Below are positions 26,070-30,436 of a stretch of DNA of 30,436 nucleotides, piece after piece (position 1 is the first letter of the stretch; every line of letters begins with the position of its first letter). The notes below the pieces were generated by a model. That model worked only from the letters and a program-made list of their open reading frames with translations. It made no database searches and was not told where the DNA came from. A program made the position numbers and the translations under genes. Where the stretch lies: positions 1 through 30,436 of the forward strand of contig JBDRQD010000062.1 in assembly GCA_043826455.1 (NCBI GenBank). Reading direction: 5' to 3'. The DNA is from Candidatus Bathyarchaeota archaeon. GTDB taxonomy: Archaea; Thermoproteota; Bathyarchaeia; TCS64.

Positions 26070-26348
26070 TTGATTCTACGCACCCTTAACGATAACCAGG
26101 TTCTAGTGCTGAAGGCCGTGGCCGAGCGCAGGCAGTCCCTGACCAGCCTCCTCAGACAGCTTTCAATGGATCACGGGGTGCCCCTCTCGACGCTGAAGCT
26201 GAACGCCAGGATACTCCGAGAACTCAACCTCATATCCTACGGCTCCTTAACCCACAGGAAGGCCGCGAGGCTTGAGAGCCTGGGCAGGTTCGTGTACAGG
26301 GTCATCGACGGCGAGATGGGTTCAGCGTCCGCGAGGTACTCCGATTAG
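26070..26348 (+). CDS. Hypothetical winged-HTH protein
   Basis: LNDNQVLVLKAV...LSMDHGVPLSTLKLNARILRELNLI pattern. TTG start is uncertain because the frame stays open upstream. Confidence 0.72.
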   Translation: MILRTLNDNQVLVLKAVAERRQSLTSLLRQLSMDHGVPLSTLKLNARILRELNLISYGSLTHRKAARLESLGRFVYRVIDGEMGSASARYSD

Positions 26349-28048
26349 CGGAGCTCCTCCGGAAGCTCTCCCCCCGCCTCCACCATTTCCTTGATCTTTT
26401 CATCTATCTCGGCGAGCACAGCCCTTCTATCCACCTTACCCATCGCGGTGACAGGTATCCTACTCCTGAAGGTGATCCCCGCTGGCACCTCGTACTCCTT
26501 CAGTGTCCGCCTGCATGTCTCCAGCAGCTCCTCCTCGAGCGCCGGGGACGCCTTGTAGCCCTCCTTCAGCTTCACCAAGGCCCTGACATCCGTGGAGCAC
26601 CTGAGGGGGTCCGGGGCCCCGAAGGCCACGGCCAGCTCCACGGACGGGTGGGACAGGAGGGCTTCCTCCACCATGGTGGGCCATACGGTGTGGCCTCTGG
26701 CCAGGACGCGGTCTATCTTCCTGCCCACGATGTACAGGTAGCCGGCCTCGTCCATGTAGCCTATGTCGCCGGTGTAGAGCCAGCCGCCTCGCAGGGCTTG
26801 GGCGGTGGCTTCGGGGTTGTCCCAGTAGCCCTTCATGAGCTGGGGGCCCCTGACTATGATCTCACCGGCCTGGCCGGGCGCCGTGTCCAGCTCACCCACC
26901 TGGAGGTCCACTATCCTGGCCTCCGTGTCCGGGTAGAGGAGGCCGGCGCTGGCGTAGTTTGGGTCCCCCTCTACGGGGGTGGCGCAGACGCTGGGCCCTG
27001 CCTCCGTCAAGCCGTAGCCCTGGTACATCCGGGCGCCGGCCATCTTCTCGAAGGCCTTCATGTGCTCCACGGGTATGGGGGCTCCGCCTGAGGCGCAGGT
27101 GGTGAGGCTGGTCAGTTCGTATCTGTCTAGGTCCGGGTGGTTCAGTATCTCTCTGATGAACCTCGGGATTAGGGGGAAGTGGGTCACCCTGTGCCTGTCC
27201 GCGGCCTTCATCATCTCCTCGGCGTTGGGGTCTGGCAGCAGCACCATGGTGCAGCCGAAGCTGACGGCCTCGTTCATCACCACCAGGCCGTAGCTGTGGA
27301 AGAAGGGGACGGCGCAGAGGATTATGGGCCACCCGGCGGCCTGGGGCTTGGCGCTGTACCCCCACCCCCGGAGCCAGTGGTAGGATTGGAGGGCGTTGGC
27401 CACCAATGCGTAGTGGGTGAGCATGACTCCCTTGGGCTCACCCGTGGTGCCGCTGGTGAACATTATCATGGCCACGTCCTCCTTGGGCTCTATCTCGGCC
27501 TCGTCTTCGAGCCTCGGCCCCGTGACCAGGTCCTCGAACCTCAGTGCACCCCCGGGCAGCTTGGCTCTGTGCCTGAGGCTGGACAGTAGCCGCAGGTGTG
27601 TGGGGGCGTAGCTGGCCGCCTCCGCGACGATGACCGTCTCGGGGGCCTCATCGGGAAGCTTCTCCAGGAGCCTATCCAGCACAATGAGCACCTTGCACCC
27701 CGTAATCTTTAGTTCACGTTCGATCTCGGGGACGGGCAGCAGAGGGTTGACTGTCACAGCCACCCCGCCCACCAGGTGGGTGGCGTTGACGGCGACCATG
27801 AAGTGGGGGGTGTTGGGCAGTATGAGCCCCACCCTGTCACCCCTCTCGACCCCCAGGGCTTTGAGGTTCTGGGCGAGGCTCTGGGACTGGCCCCAAAGCT
27901 CCGAGTACGAGTGCCTTGCCCCGAAGTATATGGTGGCGGCCCTGTCCGGGAACTTTCGGGCGCTGTTCCTCCAGAACTCGTACATAGGCATCTCCGGGTA
28001 CTTGATGCTCACGGGGACACCGGGAGGATAGGCGCCTGCGCCAGTCAT
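26345..28048 (-). CDS. Long-chain fatty-acid--CoA ligase-like AMP-binding enzyme
   Basis: FTSGTTGEPKGVMLTH, PFFHSYG, SGGAP, QGYGLTEA, RGPQLMKGYW, LYTGDIG, GKVDR. ATG 28048 is preferred. Confidence 0.9.
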   Translation of the reverse strand: MTGAGAYPPGVPVSIKYPEMPMYEFWRNSARKFPDRAATIYFGARHSYSELWGQSQSLAQNLKALGVERGDRVGLILPNTPHFMVAVNATHLVGGVAVTVNPLLPVPEIERELKITGCKVLIVLDRLLEKLPDEAPETVIVAEAASYAPTHLRLLSSLRHRAKLPGGALRFEDLVTGPRLEDEAEIEPKEDVAMIMFTSGTTGEPKGVMLTHYALVANALQSYHWLRGWGYSAKPQAAGWPIILCAVPFFHSYGLVVMNEAVSFGCTMVLLPDPNAEEMMKAADRHRVTHFPLIPRFIREILNHPDLDRYELTSLTTCASGGAPIPVEHMKAFEKMAGARMYQGYGLTEAGPSVCATPVEGDPNYASAGLLYPDTEARIVDLQVGELDTAPGQAGEIIVRGPQLMKGYWDNPEATAQALRGGWLYTGDIGYMDEAGYLYIVGRKIDRVLARGHTVWPTMVEEALLSHPSVELAVAFGAPDPLRCSTDVRALVKLKEGYKASPALEEELLETCRRTLKEYEVPAGITFRSRIPVTAMGKVDRRAVLAEIDEKIKEMVEAGGELPEELR

Positions 28049-28134
28049 TTGACTGAGGGGGCGCGCCCCGCGTATTAAAATGGTGGTGCTCGACACCGTT
28101 TTATCCGCGTGTAACGTTCAAAGGGTGAAACGCC

Positions 28135-29016
28135 TTGAAGCCTGCAGGAGTATATGTGCCCAATGTGACGCCCTTCGACACGAAGGGTGAGATAATGTTC
28201 GACGCCTTCGGCGCCCTCATCGACTTCTGGGTGAGCAGCGGAGTGTCGGGGCTGGTGGTGAACGCCAGCACGGGGGAGGCCCCCTACATGACCCGGGACG
28301 AGAAGAGGAGGATCATCGAGTACACCCTGGAGAAGGTCGGCGGCGGGTGCCGGGTCTTCGCCGGCACAGCCGCACTGAGCACCCAAGAGACCATAGAGCT
28401 CACAGGGGACGCCCTGGACGCGGGGGCCGAGGCCGCCCTGATAACCACGCCCTTCTTCTATAGGCCCAGCAACCAGGAGATAACCAGGTACTTCGTGGAC
28501 GTCATGGACGCCGTAGACCTGCCCGTCATCCTCTACAACGTGCCCAAGTTCACAGGCTACAGCGTCGAGCCCAAGACCGTGGCGGAGATAGCCGAGGAGT
28601 GCAGCGGCTTGGTCGCGTTGAAGGACAGCAGCGGGAACCCGGGTACCATGGCTGAGGTCATCAGGCTCTGCGGGGACAGGATCAGCTGCCTCTCAGGCTC
28701 AGCCGATATGGTGCTGCCGACACTGACGCTGGGGGGCAAGGGCGCCATAATCGCGGTAGCTAACGTGATCCCCCGGGAGAGCGTGGCCCTCTACAGGGCC
28801 TTCAAGGCGGGCGACCTGAAAGCGGCTGGAGAGGGGCAGCACACGGCCAGCTACGTGAACAAGGTGCTTGTAAGGGAGAACCCCCAGATAGCGGCCATAA
28901 AGACGGCGCTCAACAACCTGGGGTATAATGCGGGGGTGCCCCGGCGTCCTCTGCTGCCTCTTCAGCCGGAGACGGCGAAGAAGGTGGCCGAAGCCATGAG
29001 GCTCATCGGCCTCTAA
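28135..29016 (+). CDS. DapA/NanA (dihydrodipicolinate synthase) family class I aldolase
   Basis: VTPF, ASTGE, PFFY, LYNVP, the Schiff-base LKDSSG, and IK.AL...G...G.PR.PL.P. Confidence 0.88.
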   Translation: MKPAGVYVPNVTPFDTKGEIMFDAFGALIDFWVSSGVSGLVVNASTGEAPYMTRDEKRRIIEYTLEKVGGGCRVFAGTAALSTQETIELTGDALDAGAEAALITTPFFYRPSNQEITRYFVDVMDAVDLPVILYNVPKFTGYSVEPKTVAEIAEECSGLVALKDSSGNPGTMAEVIRLCGDRISCLSGSADMVLPTLTLGGKGAIIAVANVIPRESVALYRAFKAGDLKAAGEGQHTASYVNKVLVRENPQIAAIKTALNNLGYNAGVPRRPLLPLQPETAKKVAEAMRLIGL

Positions 29017-29018
29017 TA

Positions 29019-29330
29019 TTACTGGTCCAGGGTCAGGAAGCCCTTGGACTTCAGCCAGAAAGCCTGGTTGCCAGTGTACCTGAAGATAATGTCCCCTTTA
29101 CCTTCCTGGAAGTCCCACGGCGACACCAGCACCACGTCCCCCTCTCTCACCCAGTTCCGCTTCTTCATCTTGCCTCTTATGCGGCACTGGCGGATGTTGC
29201 CGTCCTGGCACTTGACTATCATCCTGGTGTAGCCCAGGTTCTTTGTGACGATCCCCAGGATGTCGTTCCTGTTGGGCATCATGATGCGTTTCCTGATATC
29301 ACTTTCATTCTTCACTAACTTTTTACCCAT
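29019..29330 (-). CDS. eif1a: Archaeal translation initiation factor 1A (aIF-1A)
   Basis: ILGIV...LG..RM.V.C.DG..R.CRIRGKMKKR.WVREGDVVLVSPWDFQ..KGDIIFRY. Start is ATG 29330, not 29432. Confidence 0.95.
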   Translation of the reverse strand: MGKKLVKNESDIRKRIMMPNRNDILGIVTKNLGYTRMIVKCQDGNIRQCRIRGKMKKRNWVREGDVVLVSPWDFQEGKGDIIFRYTGNQAFWLKSKGFLTLDQ

Positions 29331-29376
29331 GTTAAGCAGGTACCCATAAGGGTGGTTCCTTAAAAACCCCCGGTAT

Positions 29377-29796
29377 CTAGCTTCCATTAATCTTCTTAAC
29401 CATGGAGACCTTGCCGCCGTAGAACACCTCACCCGTCTCCTGGAACCCCATCCTGTGCCAGAACCCCGCCGCTTCGGCCTCTGAGTCGATCTGGAGCCAC
29501 TTTGCGCCCACGTTGGCGGCGAAGACCTCCACCTTACTGAGGAGGCCTCTGCCGTGGCCCTGGCCCCTGTCCCCTTGGCCGACCTCCAGGTGCTCTATGT
29601 ACATGGTGTCCGGGTGCAACGCGGACTGGTCTCTCATCAGCTCAACGGAGGCGAAGCCGTGGCTGTCGGCTATCATCCACCTGGCGCCTTTCTCGTAGCT
29701 GTCCCCCGGGCCCCTGAGCACCCTCAACCCTGGGGGCGAGTAGGGTCGCTGGTGTCGTCTGCTTTTGGACGCTTTTTCTTTGATCATGCGGTGCAC
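29377..29796 (-). CDS. GNAT family N-acetyltransferase
   Basis: YIEHLEV...RGQGHGRGLL acetyl-CoA motif A and A.GFW.RMGF. Start is uncertain (29796 or 29787). Confidence 0.82.
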   Translation of the reverse strand: MHRMIKEKASKSRRHQRPYSPPGLRVLRGPGDSYEKGARWMIADSHGFASVELMRDQSALHPDTMYIEHLEVGQGDRGQGHGRGLLSKVEVFAANVGAKWLQIDSEAEAAGFWHRMGFQETGEVFYGGKVSMVKKINGS

Positions 29797-30239
29797 CTTG
29801 GGTCGTAGTCTAATTGGTAACGGTTTTTGAATAGTTTTCTTTTTCTAGGCGTAAATCGAGGACATGGATGAGACTCCCCATAGGTGTGAAGATGGCTGTT
29901 ACCCCGGCCTTGTTCCATGTAACAAAGCAAGAGCCATGCACATCACAAGCCGCCTCGAGAGGAGGACCTGGTACAGGGCGGCTGAACCCGGCACAGCCTG
30001 AACAACCCCTGAAACCGCCCCGACGCAGCCTCAACCACCACCGGAACACCGCCAACTCCAGAGACAAGGCCCACCCCGCCACACACAAACATGTAACACA
30101 CCGAAAAGGCGGAGGAGAACCCATCAGCGTCAGAAAACCATACAACCACAGCAGTAACACCCTCAAAGCCACCCAACAAACCTCAACGCCAAACACGCCC
30201 CCGACGGCCTCAGACCAAACCCGGTGAACGACGAGAAAC

Positions 30240-30336
30240 CGGCGACCACCGCCACCATCCACCACCGCCAAAGAACCCCGGAAAAGCCCCTGAACACGAA
30301 AAAAAGCCTGAAAACAGGGAATCGCGGTGGCGGTGA
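30240..30336 (-). repeat. Dispersed non-coding element, copy B, preceded on the - strand by long G-runs
   Basis: Reverse complement matches 5793-5889 at 82/97 positions without gaps. Confidence 0.9.
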
Positions 30337-30345
30337 TGGGGCGGG

Positions 30346-30436
30346 CCCCCGGCCCCCCCCCCCCCCCCCCCCGCCCACCCCACCCCGCCCCCCCCCAACC
30401 CCCCCACCCACCCAACCCACCCCCGCCCCCCCCCCC
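30346..30436. repeat. Low-complexity poly-C tract at the window end
   Basis: Almost pure C-runs. May be partly a contig-end or base-calling artefact. Confidence 0.6.

Noticed and set aside
29810..30420. ORFs of 65-201 aa in the terminal region
   Set aside because: Low complexity; stop codons are scarce because of A or T depletion; codon usage does not match the host.
30346..30436. Terminal poly-C as a telomere-like or biological repeat
   Set aside because: It lies at the window edge and homopolymer artefacts are common. Only the presence of a G-run is supported (by copy A), not its length.

Overview
Gene-dense, GC-rich archaeal chromosomal segment. Archaeal origin is shown by aIF-1A, FEN1, an ATP-dependent ligase, TATA-like promoters and a TrmB-like regulator. 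Bathyarchaeia is my best guess for the lineage, but that is an inference and was not checked by any search. The left part holds two paralogous 2-oxoacid:ferredoxin oxidoreductase (OFOR) units, delta-[alpha/beta fused] and gamma-delta-[alpha/beta fused], followed by a DUF917 protein and two tandem N-acyl-D-amino-acid deacylases. The middle part has an Lrp regulator, an EamA transporter, glutamine synthetase, a Cys-containing HTH regulator divergent from thioredoxin, an orphan receiver protein, an AbrB-VapC toxin-antitoxin pair whose toxin appears to need a CTG start, an MFS transporter, an unannotated 54-aa membrane microprotein and DUF401. The right part has fen and a LigB-like ligase, two paralogous unknown membrane proteins, an AbgB-like M20 hydrolase, an ECF S component, a wHTH protein, an acyl-CoA ligase, a DapA-family aldolase, aIF-1A and a GNAT. 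The most unusual non-coding signal is a ~100-bp element, preceded by a G-run and able to form a hairpin, present twice in inverted orientation (5793-5889 and 30240-30336, 82/97 identical). Both copies lie in strongly adenine-depleted tracts. I found no tRNA, rRNA, CRISPR array or transposase. All family assignments come from motif recognition by eye.
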